DNA of 62,938 nucleotides, counting the filler, from Octopus bimaculoides (lineage: Eukaryota): NCBI RefSeq assembly GCF_001194135.2. It is 5 parts of 4 records of this genome, joined end to end, with 100 filler letters (N's around TTAATTAATTAA, not from the genome) between each part and the next. Parts side by side here need not be neighbours in the genome. Positions count along the whole stretch, not along the records: positions 49,694 to 62,938 come from NC_068981.1; 4 more parts are not named here. The stretch is one strand, 5' to 3'. The first letter of the stretch is position 1. Each line of letters begins with the position of its first letter. The translations under genes were made by a program, and so were the position numbers. Below the pieces are notes generated by a model. The model did not search any database. It worked only from the letters and a program-made list of their open reading frames with translations, and was not told the origin of the DNA. Positions 52,283 to 62,938 of this stretch are shown piece by piece.

Positions 52283-54519
52283 TTGAAGAGCGTAGCTCGA
52301 AACGTTAAAGACTTTCTGTTTTTCCGAGCGTCAAANNNNNNNNNNNNNNNNNNNNNNNNNNNNNNNNNNNNNNNNNNNNNNNNNNNNNNNNNNNNNNNNN
52401 NNNNNNNNNNNNNNNNNNNNNNNNNNNNNNNNNNNNNNNNNNNNNNNNNNNNNNNNNNNNNNNNNNATATATATAGTTGGAATTTACAAAAAACAAAATA
52501 CTAAAACAAGTGTATAAACAGCAAACAGGTGTATTAGTTATTACATTCAAGTTATTACATACTAGTTATTACATTCAACCGCCCCCACTACACATAAGCG
52601 AAACACACTTGAATAATCTATTTCTTTGCACACTCAACTCCAACTGCCTTTGTATAATATTCGACTTACCTACTTCATGCGAAAAGTAATCTCACGATTA
52701 CTATCTTGGAAAATGAGCACGCCATGTATATATAGCATACAACAGGAAGTCGATATTGCAGTTACTCAGATGGAATCCACAAAAGTTACTTCGTTCAGTC
52801 ACTCTATTAGCCTGTAGCTTCAAACTTTCTTTCACCTCCACAAAATTTGCACACCACCTCAAATACAGATAACATCAAATGTATATCTTCTAATTATTCT
52901 CCCAACACAGCTACATTAATCCCACTGAACACTGAACAGTAATACATTTTGATCCCAACAAAGATACGTAAAATAGCTTTACATGTAGTACATGCAGTGG
53001 GCAAGACACAGCTGTTTACGTTCGAGTATGTTGCAGTATGAAAATGCTATGCCAGATTTTACAGGTGTACATATAAAAAGTACGTATTAAGGAGGGCATA
53101 ACCAATCTATCGATGCATGCTGTTGGAGTATATCCGGAACAATAAACTTTTCAATCACATTTAGCAGGTCGGCCAATTATCTACATGCAATAGTTCTGTT
53201 CAGTCAGAGTTGATATGTAGTTGCACAGCAAAAACTTGAAAGTTAAACAGACAAGCATTCAAATAGATACCACATGAGAAATTACGATTCTGAAATAATT
53301 TGAAAAGTACTGCTGCAAAGATTTGATGCTTCTTATTTGGTTTCAAATAATCGATTGCCGGAAAACTTACGAGTGTTAGCAGATGCCTCAAGGCATCCAC
53401 GAACCTACGACGAATATATTATATTACTGATGGCGATATAGTCAATTGGAATTAAATACATAAACTGATATTTATTACAGGACTGGTAGCATAGTCTTTA
53501 GAAATATAAAGCGTTGAAGTTTCCCTTCAGGCATTATGGTGGTGGAGAACCCGTTGGCCTCGACGATGAGTGTGAAGTTCTTAGGCTAACTAAATTCTAA
53601 CACATGGAAATAATTTTAAGCGGCTGAGTAATCCATAAATACGAGTATCTAAATGTAATTGTTTAAACGAATCTTTGTGGCAAGGACTGATAAACATGGA
53701 TTTCAAATTACATATATAACCCGGAAAGAAAACGATAAAGAATGAAGAATCGACAGTACCGGGGTGGTACATTATTTAGTCAACCTACGTAAGATTTAAA
53801 CTCATACAACAAAGAGCCAGAGTAAATACAGACGGATATTCTATTCGACACTTTAATATTTATGTCATATTGCACTTTGACGCATCATAAGCGTGAAATG
53901 ACTTGCAATCGTGTATTATGGCGTTCATTTAGTTACTGTACAGCAAAACACTTAATTTTTTTCAGTTATTAGTCTCTTTTAAAATTGGATATGTGTAAAA
54001 TTTTATTATGACTTGTATGGTGTCTTTGTCGTAGAACCTTCGATTTTATTCGAGGATGATACGTGTTTTTTGAAATTGCTTGTGTAATATTGGTTTCCAA
54101 TTTTGGCACAATGTCAGCAATTTCTAGCTAGAGGTAAATCGATTGCATCGACTTCAATTTTCAATTGGTACTTGTATTCCATCGATCTAAGTAGCATTTG
54201 AACTCATAATGTAAAAACGGACGAAACCACGCTAAGAAGTTTGCCCGGCGTGCCAACAACTCTGTCAGCTCGAAGCCTAATTGATTGTGTAATATTAATA
54301 CATTAATATGCAGGAACGTGTTGGTGTTAGTACGAATACATGAAGAGTGTAACAACAACATATCTTGAGTGTGTCTTGTTTCAATATACGTTGAAAACTT
54401 TTCACTTGTGCAATGAAATACTTCTAAAATTGTATATATTTGACATCATTACTTTCCCAATCTTACAAAGTGTTAAATATTTTTATTCTTTAAGAATAAA
54501 TTAATATCATTGCTGTTAC

Positions 54520-54680
54520 ATACGTCCCCGAATATTTGCGGTTCGGCAAAAGAAACCGATAGCATAAGTACCAAGTTTAAAAAATGAAGAGAAGTCGATA
54601 CATTTAACTAAAACACTTCCAGGCGGTGCCCCATCATGGTCGTAGTCTAATCACTGACACGATCAAAACGTAAGAATAAG
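54520..54680 (+). mobile_element. SINE family A, diverged 3' half
   Basis: gcggttcggcaaaagaaaccgatagcataagtacc...ggcggtgccccatcatgg. Confidence 0.65.
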
Positions 54681-55053
54681 TAATAGTATTTCATACATTT
54701 AGAATTTTTAGGCTGTTTCATTCAAAATGAAGCATTAAAAATGTATTCAAAAATATATAGAGTCCCAAGTGTTATAAAAATATGTTGTAAAAGTATTTTA
54801 GACAATAAATTTCGTGCACAAAATATCGTAACTGAGAAAACAGACAATAACCTAATGTTAATTGTCATAGTCTATTAAATATAAAAGGAATTTATTTCAT
54901 GAATTTAACAGCTTAAAAAAATTTTGTTACAGTAAATATAACTTACTCTCACTAAGATTTATATGTGAGTTTGTGTGTAGTGCGTGTGTGTATGTGTATT
55001 TCTGCGTTTGATCGTTTGTATTAGTGTGAGTGTGTGTGTGCGCGCACGTGTAC

Positions 55054-55084
<31 letters not shown>

Positions 55085-55085
55085 A

Positions 55086-55118
<33 letters not shown>

Positions 55119-55149
55119 NNNNNNNNNNACATACATACATATATATGTG

Positions 55150-55278
55150 TGTGTGTATATATTTATTTGCTCCCCCCCCCAACGTCACTTGACAACCGAT
55201 CCTGGTGTGTTTATGTCCCCGTAACGTAGCGGTTCGGGGCAAAAGAGGCCGATAGAATAAGTACTAGGCTTACAAAGA
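55150..55278 (+). mobile_element. SINE family A, 3' part
   Basis: ccccaacgtcacttgacaaccgatcctgg...gtactaggcttacaaaga. Confidence 0.75.
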
Positions 55279-55289
55279 TATGTATATAT

Positions 55290-55331
<42 letters not shown>

Positions 55332-55988
55332 ACATGTTAAAGTCTGTCATACCGGCCATGACGAAGGGAAATAACCCTGAAACTCAAGTCGCCTTTATAT
55401 ATNNNNNNNNNNNNNNNNNNNNNNNNNNNNNNNNNNNNNNNNNNNNNNNNNNNNNNNNNNNNNNNNNNNNNNNNNNNNNNNNNNNNNNNNNNNNNNNNNN
55501 NNNNNNNNNNNNNNNNNNNNNNNNNNNNNNNNNNNNNNNNNNNNNNNNNNNNNNNNNNNNNNNNNNNNNNNNNNNNNNNNNNNNNNNNNNNNNNNNNNNN
55601 NNNNNNNNNNNNNNNNNNNNNNNNNNNNNNNNNNNNNNNNNNNNNNNNNNNNNNNNNNNNNNNNNNNNNNNNNNNNNNNNNNNNNNNNNNNNNNNNNNNN
55701 NNNNNNNNNNNNNNNNNNNNNNNNNNNNNNNNNNNNNNNNNNNNNNNNNNNNNNNNNNNNNNNNNNNNNNNNNNNNNNNNNNNNNNNNNNNNNNNNNNNN
55801 NNNNNNNNNNNNNNNNNNNNNNNNNNNNNNNNNNNNNNNNNNNNNNNNNNNNNNNNNNNNNNNNNNNNNNNNNNNNNNNNNNNNNNNNNNNNNNNNNNNN
55901 NNNNNNNNNNNNNNNNNNNNNNNNNNNNNNNNNNNNNNNNNNNNNNNNNNNNNNNNNNNNNNNNNNNNNNNNNNNNNNNNNNNNNNNN

Positions 55989-56025
<37 letters not shown>

Positions 56026-57077
56026 ATGTATGGGTCTGTATTCTAAATAAATGTATTACAGCTCATTATTCTAACATTCAAGTTAATAGCAGAGTTTTAT
56101 AAGCTTCTGCATTCGCAGTACGTCTGCAAAAATGAATTTTGTGCCACGGTATGGCTGAATTGATTTTATTTGTATATAAGAAACCTAGAAGTGTGATATT
56201 ACATGCAACATCTTTGTCTAGAGAATGCAAAAGCATTGATCTTATAAAGAAAGAATTCCAAGTAAAATTTTGAAAGATTGGATTTTGCCTGTCAGCCTGC
56301 ATGTTGTATTCAGTAAAGAATCAAATCATAATTCCAAAGCGCAGGAACGAAAAGGTTCTGACATTGAAAACATTTCAAATCTGAGAGTTAACGGTGTATG
56401 GGAGTTATAAACGAATTTTATTTTTCTGAATATCAAACAAGACATTCGATGACACCCGCCTAACTGAACCTATATCAGAAAAAAAACGCGTTTTCTCTAT
56501 TAAATTGTAGCACAATAAACGGGCATTTGTATATTCGACTATTCTAAACGTAACACATAGGACATGAATGAACATTTATTAATAATGAACTATTGGCTTC
56601 AAAAATGCATGCACGAACTGGGAGGTTATAGTTTATTACAGAGATTAAAACAGTTTAGCTGTTCTGACAAATTCCTAATTTCCATCCGTGGTCCCAAAAT
56701 TCTGCAAGATATTGCACGATCTGTCGAGTCTTACCAAACTTTGGAGCCATTCAGCGTCTGCAATTTTTCATAACCGATAACCATCTAAAACAATGTGAAA
56801 GAACTACTGCATAGATAATTCTCTATGTAATATATCTATAAAATATGTCATGCTTAAGTTTGCTGCACTATACTTTTGTATATTGTAGAAACACTCTACT
56901 TATTTTTATAGAAGTCAGGTTAAGAAACGTTAAGCTCTTGTAATGAAATACATATACTAAAGTTAAATCTTCCGCAAGCAACAAATTTCTCAAATATGAA
57001 TTACTAGAGTACAGATTACATACATTCTTTTCATCATATACAAAAAACATCTGCACTAGAATTGATATATATATATA

Positions 57078-57108
<31 letters not shown>

Positions 57109-58189
57109 NNNNNNNNNNNNNNNNNNNNNNNNNNNNNNNNNNNNNNNNNNNNNNNNNNNNNNNNNNNNNNNNNNNNNNNNNNNNNNNNNNNNNNNNNNNN
57201 NNNNNNNNNNNNNNNNNNNNNNNNNNNNNNNNNNNNNNNNNNNNNNNNNNNNNNNNNNNNNNNNNNNNNNNNNNNNNNNNNNNNNNNNNNNNNNNNNNNN
57301 NNNNNNNNNNNNNNNNNNNNNNNNNNNNNNNNNNNNNNNNNNNNNNNNNNNNNNNNNNNNNNNNNNNNNNNNNNNNNNNNNNNNNNNNNNNNNNNNNNNN
57401 NNNNNNNNNNNNNNNNNNNNNNNNNNNNNNNNNNNNNNNNNNNNNNNNNNNNNNNNNNNNNNNNNNNNNNNNNNNNNNNNNNNNNNNNNNNNNNNNNNNN
57501 NNNNNNNNNNNNNNNNNNNNNNNNNNNNNNNNNNNNNNNNNNNNNNNNNNNNNNNNNNNNNNNNNNNNNNNNNNNNNNNNNNNNNNNNNNNNNNNNNNNN
57601 NNNNNNNNNNNNNNNNNNNNNNNNNNNNNNNNNNNNNNNNNNNNNNNNNNNNNNNNNNNNNNNNNNNNNNNNNNNNNNNNNNNNNNNNNNNNNNNNNNNN
57701 NNNNNNNNNNNNNNNNNNNNNNNNNNNNNNNNNNNNNNNNNNNNNNNNNNNNNNNNNNNNNNNNNNNNNNNNNNNNNNNNNNNNNNNNNNNNNNNNNNAT
57801 ATATATATATATATATATAATTTACAGAAAACCAAAAGGCGAAGACATGTGTATATAAACAAGAAGCAGGTGTATTTGTTTGACGCTCGGAAGAAAGGGA
57901 AATAATAAAGTACTGGTGATCCTATAACGAAGCTGCGCATGCGTGCGTGTGTGTGGGAGAGTGTAAGTCTGCAAGTGTGGATCAGGGCTGGGGACTTTGA
58001 CGTGTGGCTGTGTACATGAGTGTGTGCGCCTGCAATGTGCGGGTATGTGGTTTGATGGTGTGGGTGCTGGGAAGTGGTCAGCGCTTGTGTGTGGAGAGTT
58101 ATGGGGTGGTGTGATGCGCAGAGGCGGTGTGGGTGTGTGATGATATGAGGGTGTAGTGTGGGCTTGTGGCGACATACGCAAAGCCACAT

Positions 58190-58440
58190 TATCTTGCATG
58201 AATGTTATGGTATTCTTTGGGGTGATCCTTTGTTTTTTAGCCAAGTTTCAAGGTGCTCCTTCAAAAACTCTATGTAAGCGTCCGCAATCATTTTAACACC
58301 GTCCGGCACCTTCCAATGAATAGCAATTATGACTCCCATAATACCTTCCCAAATCATGATGCTTCCTCCAACTTCTTGGCGTCTCAAACATTGGTGGCTA
58401 TCTCCTCCATTTACAACACATCCTTCCTCTAAGCATCAAG
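58190..58440 (-). pseudogene. Tc1-family transposase DDE domain relic
   Basis: IDGLDA...LRRQEVGGSIMIWEGIMG...KVPDGVKMIADAYIEFLKEHL, then a frameshift to KKQRIT.KNTITFMQDN (Tc1 RRQ.GGG.VMIW and FMQDNAP motifs). Confidence 0.75.
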
Positions 58441-58836
58441 TCCATCAATGAACTAGCAATTTTGCTTGTTGCAAGTGCAGCGGTCCTGTGTCACTTATTT
58501 ATATATTGCGAAATGAGACAAACGACTGTCATTCCTAGCAGACACGTGCATCAGTACTGGGTAAGGATGAGATCCTGAAGCTAGCTGCTCTACTGGTCCT
58601 GTCATCGCTAGATGAGAATTGTTCAGTCCCTTGTTTGCAACAAATGGGACACAGATATTGTGCCGATAACCAGATGGAGGAGGTGTCCTCCTGGGTTTAA
58701 AAAGAGTAATAACATTGTTCTCTGCAGAACAAGCACGTTGAGGTTCTAACAGCCATGTCTTTTCAGTAGAATTACCGCTTACATCTCTTATAGAGATTTT
58801 AGTACTAGCAACTTTACTTGTTACTCACACACACAC

Positions 58837-58955
<119 letters not shown>

Positions 58956-59448
58956 GTTCTTTTGAAATATTGGAAACTTATTTTCTGTATGTCTTTTAGG
59001 TTCTTTTGATTTGTTTTAAGATCAGCATTGAATCCATCTATATTGACAGAGCTCTCTCTTTAGGAATTTCCTTCATTCTCTTAGAGATTTAAATACATTT
59101 TATAAGAGTTGTTATATTCATACCAAAAGAAAAGCTGGAGGCAAGAAAGAATGCTATCCTGTTACGTAGTATAAATAAATATATTTGAAAAATATTTGGA
59201 AAACAAAACAAAAAATCATGCTCTATTTCAAATCAGATAGGAGACTAATTTATCTACGGATATCTGAGATGGGTTTTTTGCATTAATGTAATGTGTATTT
59301 GTTTTGCTTTTCCCCCCAATTCTATTCTGATCTATATTTGTGGCGAATTGTATTGCAAAATCTATCTATCTATCTATCTATCTACCTATTTATCTATCTT
59401 TCTTTCTTTCGTTCTGTCTTTCTTTCTCTATTTCTTTCTATCTATCTA

Positions 59449-60146
59449 ACACTGATAGTTATGGCAAAAGAATGCGTGTGGTGGACGCGTTTGAAAGGTC
59501 TACAAACAAACACTTTCGTCTCTAGTCAGTCCCTCGTCAACTTTTTCAAGTACCACTTGAAAAGGAGGATGAGGATAGAGAGGAAAGTGTTGTCGAATGA
59601 AAGTTTCAATAAAAAATGGGTAAATGTGGCAAGAATGGTAAGAATGAAAGACGACACCATTTTAAGCATAGACTTGTAACAAAAAGAGACAAAAAGAGAG
59701 AAGGTACTTACTTTCATGTACCTTTAAAAAAAAAAAGCCTGAGGTGACCGTGGTTTTTTCCGTAGGCTTTTCTCTCCACGGATAAACCTAATCTGTTCCC
59801 CGTTTTTACATCGACTNNNNNNNNNNNNNNNNNNNNNNNNNNNNNNNNNNNNNNNNNNNNNNNNNNNNNNNNNNNNNNNNNNNNNNNNNNNNNNNNNNNN
59901 NNNNNNNNNNNNNNNNNNNNNNNNNNNNNNNNNNNNNNNNNNNNNNNNNNNNNNNNNNNNNNNNNNNNNNNNNNNNNNNNNNNNNNNNNNNNNNNNNNNN
60001 NNNNNNNNNNNNNNNNNNNNNNNNNNNNNNNNNNNNNNNNNNNNNNNNNNNNNNNNNNNNNNNNNNNNNNNNNNNNNNNNNNAAAAGCTGTACTTTGTCA
60101 TTTGTCCATTTTGTGTATTTAGCCCTGTGTGGCTATAATAAAAAAA
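59449..60146 (+). mobile_element. 5'-truncated Tx1/L1-clade LINE 3' end with A-rich tail, flanked on both sides by (TCTA)n
   Basis: IVMAKECVWWTRLKGLQTNTFVSSQSLVNFFKYHLKRRMRIERKVLSNESFNKKWVNVARMV...* (stop at 59679), consistent with an L1/Tx1 C-terminus (AK..VW...; F.K.W). The 3' UTR spans a gap and ends AATAAAAAAA at 60137-60146. Confidence 0.6.
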
Positions 60147-60154
60147 TCTATCTG

Positions 60155-60190
<36 letters not shown>

Positions 60191-60364
60191 CGTTCGTTCG
60201 TTCCTTCGTTCCTTTCTTTCTTTCCTTTTTTACTTTCTGTATGTCTATCTAACTCTCTATCTATCCATTTATCTACCTATATTTTAAATTCGTTTCAGCC
60301 CAAGGGGTGTGACCATGCTCCTGAACCACCAACTGTTACTGCTACGTCATCATTACTCTTCCCT

Positions 60365-60760
60365 TTACCCACTTCTTGCAGTGAAGTTCACTCATCTAGG
60401 AGTCTTGATAGTAGGAGATCCAGTTTAATTTTGAAGGTATATGCATCTACTCCGTGTAGATCTCTCAACCCCTTCGAGACTATATTGAAGTTCTTGATTT
60501 TCAAGCTATTGCAGTATATGGTACTGTATGTTGATAGGGTGGGCAGGATTTTTAAACACTATACAATGGCGACCGGTTCTGACATTTGTATAACAAATTT
60601 AAACTTCCAGGACTCTCCTGATGTATATTGCAGCATCACGTCCCCGCTTTCGTTATAGGGAATCAAGTCATAAGCTATTGAGTCTTTCTTAGTAGCTAAT
60701 TTGCTGCATTGCGGCTATCTTCCTCTCTGGAGTGCGTCGAGTTTCGCTGTTAATGAGAAG
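60365..60760 (-). mobile_element. CR1/L2-like LINE 3' relic
   Basis: ISY*ERLNSL*LDSL*RKR (LSY.ERL..L.L.SLE.RR) and KGLRDLHGVDAYTFKIKLDLLL..DE. Confidence 0.6.
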
Positions 60761-61884
60761 TAGTATTTGAGATACAAAGGGAAGGAAAAGAAGTTAAATT
60801 TTGGATTTGATTGTTTTATAGCGTCTGCGAAGGCGACGAGAGAAATCGAGAGAAATTAATCAATTAATTCACTAATTAGAGTAGTAAGTTAGGCAGTATT
60901 TACTTTTCTGCTTCGTGTGGAGAGATGATATCCACTGGTCAGACACGCCGTCCGTTGTCGGTGTCAGCTGCATGGTGGGTTTGGCATGCCATGGCTGCCA
61001 ATTCAAAGAAACATGCTGAAGCTACGTCACTTACAGAAGTTCCTGGATGGTGAGCCAGTGTGTTCACCGTTTATAATACCTTTACGAATCTCATATTTTT
61101 GACGGAGGTGCAATCCTAGGTCAAGAAAAGACCAAGATTAGGCACTTGGTATAATGAATATCGTAAGGCACTCACTACACTCAACCAGTTGAGCAACACG
61201 GTCACAGGAATTTAGTAGTGGATGACAGCGTCGATGAGCAATAACAAGCTAGTCTCATTCATAAAACATTCGATCCCGTATCACCATGGATAGCTTCCAG
61301 AGATTTGTAGTCTCTTAATGTTACCGAGGAGAACTTTCAGTTCGAGAAAAAGGGCTGTCTGAGATGCAAGCAGTTCGACGGCTCACGTTCTGGTCAAACC
61401 ATCGTGAGGATTGTTTTACTATCCACTTCTAACAAGGCAGGCTAGACGGTTATCGTCTGACAACCGGACATGCCAAATAAAAGTTGTGAGGTGGGCGAGT
61501 TCAACTTTTGAAAGAAAATTGAAAGTGGGTCAGGAAGTGCTCTTTCTCAGTATAATTGTGACAAGATGGATGACTGTAACAAATTTGAGTGGCCCTACTG
61601 TAAGCATGTACCTGTATATTAGAGGGAAATGTTGGTAGAACGCTTGTATCTTTGATGGTCAACGTAATACTGGACTTGTGATATTCCTTAATTGTCTAAG
61701 CTGCGTTTTCGTCTCTCTCAGGAAGACTGCTTCTTATTATCACATGTATTTTATATTACGCATGCATTTATTGCATTTCACCGACTTTTCCATTTCCCCC
61801 CAAGTATTTAAATGAATCCCCACTCAAGTTGTTGACTATCCTGGTGATGTCCCTCTCATATATACCCCTGCGGCTAATAAAAGA

Positions 61885-62520
61885 AATTATTATCATTATT
61901 ATTATCATTCATTTTATCTCAGCTTTGTTGGTTGTACACGTGTTTGACTTTTGCTTTGCATTTCTACACGTTGGTTCCAAGTCTTACACGGAGACCTCAA
62001 GAGAAAACAACTTAGAAGTTTCTGTTGGTGTTATGCTTAGGGTGCCAGATATTTGGTTTTGTACATAGTGTTGTTCTATATAATGTTTAAGAAACCATAA
62101 GAAAATTGTGTTTGTTTTAAAATTTGACATTATATAGACAGCAATTTACGTAGGATATGGGTAGTTCCCATGAGCACTATCTTTTGAATTTCTGCCATTT
62201 TGGGGTTTCCTTGTATATGAGCTAGGTAGCAATCAGCCCCATTTGCTATCATTTCTAGGGCACATATGGCAACAGGTAAAGATTTAGTCTCCAGGTTCCA
62301 CATTTTGCCAATTTCTATTTTAAGATCTTTATACTTGCTCAGTTTTTGGTAGGTCTTGACAGATACATTTATATCGGATTGTGTTTGAAGTCTTTCAGTA
62401 TAATATCTGGCTTATTTGTATCTATCTTTCTGTCAGTTTGAATAGTGAAGTTCCAAAGGAGAGAAACGTGATCATTTTCAAGCACTGGAGGTGGTTTGTG
62501 TTCCTACTAGTCTTTATTTG
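61885..62520 (-). mobile_element. R4/Dong-like LINE 3' part (REL domain, 3' UTR, TAA-rich tail)
   Basis: EHKPPPVLENDHVSLLWNFTIQTDRKIDTNKPDIILKDF...KLSKYKDLKIEIGKMWNLETKSLPVAICALEMI...EIQKIVLMGTTHILRKLLSI*. Tail (TAA/TGA) at 61885-61908. Confidence 0.8.
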
Positions 62521-62642
62521 CAAAGTCCACGGCAAGCGGTCGGGGCTCGTCCGGTCGACGGCCGTTCGTATACGGGTTCGCCGCAAACGATGCCTGGAGG
62601 AAACGACAAAGAGTTCGCCGAGCAAACGGTTTACGACCCGAC

Positions 62643-62650
62643 TATTATTC

Positions 62651-62685
<35 letters not shown>

Positions 62686-62938
62686 GTTCAGTAGTTTTAT
62701 TTTTATAACGTGCTTTCACTTCACTACCGAGCGCAGCTCTGTGCGCCTTGGGTATGTGCTGTGGTTTACTGTGGTGCTCTTATGTTTACTGTATTGAAAG
62801 TGTTTTGCGTAGAACGTGTGCAGTACCCAGTAGTGCAATTTTCTGTATGTTATATATATGTGTAAGTCCTGGTGTTTTTGTTATGTATTTGTCTGAATAT
62901 TTTTTTATTATGCCTAAGGCACCTACTATGATAGGAAT
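62643..62938 (-). mobile_element. R4/Dong-like LINE 3' end with (TAA)n tail (continues beyond window)
   Basis: IPIIVGALGIIKKYSDKYITKTPGLTHIYNIQKIALLGTAHVLRKTLSIQ* (stop at 62786-62788), a 3' UTR and (TAA)n at 62643-62683. Confidence 0.85.

Overview
Eukaryotic draft-genome window. It is AT-rich and saturated with microsatellites, has many N gaps, and has four 100-bp placeholder gaps containing a TTAATTAATTAA spacer. The repeat content suggests a cephalopod, probably Octopus (inference). The only cellular gene I can support is two + strand exons (26558-26662, 27393-27565) of a Golgi-type class I alpha-1,2-mannosidase (GH47, MAN1A-like). Its other exons are not visible and may lie in gaps or outside the window. 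The rest is intronic or intergenic mobile DNA: four tRNA-type SINE families; RTE, CR1-like, R4/Dong-like (REL endonuclease), Tx1-like and Penelope retroelement relics; and mariner and Tc1 relics. Three observations stand out. (1) About 14 minimal type I hammerhead-ribozyme-like motifs from 4-5 sequence families. Two families carry a non-canonical CCGAYGA core (U4C), and two copies are structurally complete with perfect palindromic helix III and a GUA cleavage triplet. They sit in Penelope-like pseudo-LTR arrangements. (2) A Tx1-like LINE apparently targeted to (TCTA)n/(GATA)n microsatellites. (3) R4/Dong-like elements at (TAA)n tracts, one carrying a short GC-rich structured leader fused to its 3' end. 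Nearly all ORFs in the supplied track are microsatellite or gap artefacts. All family assignments come from motif recognition by eye, not from database searches.
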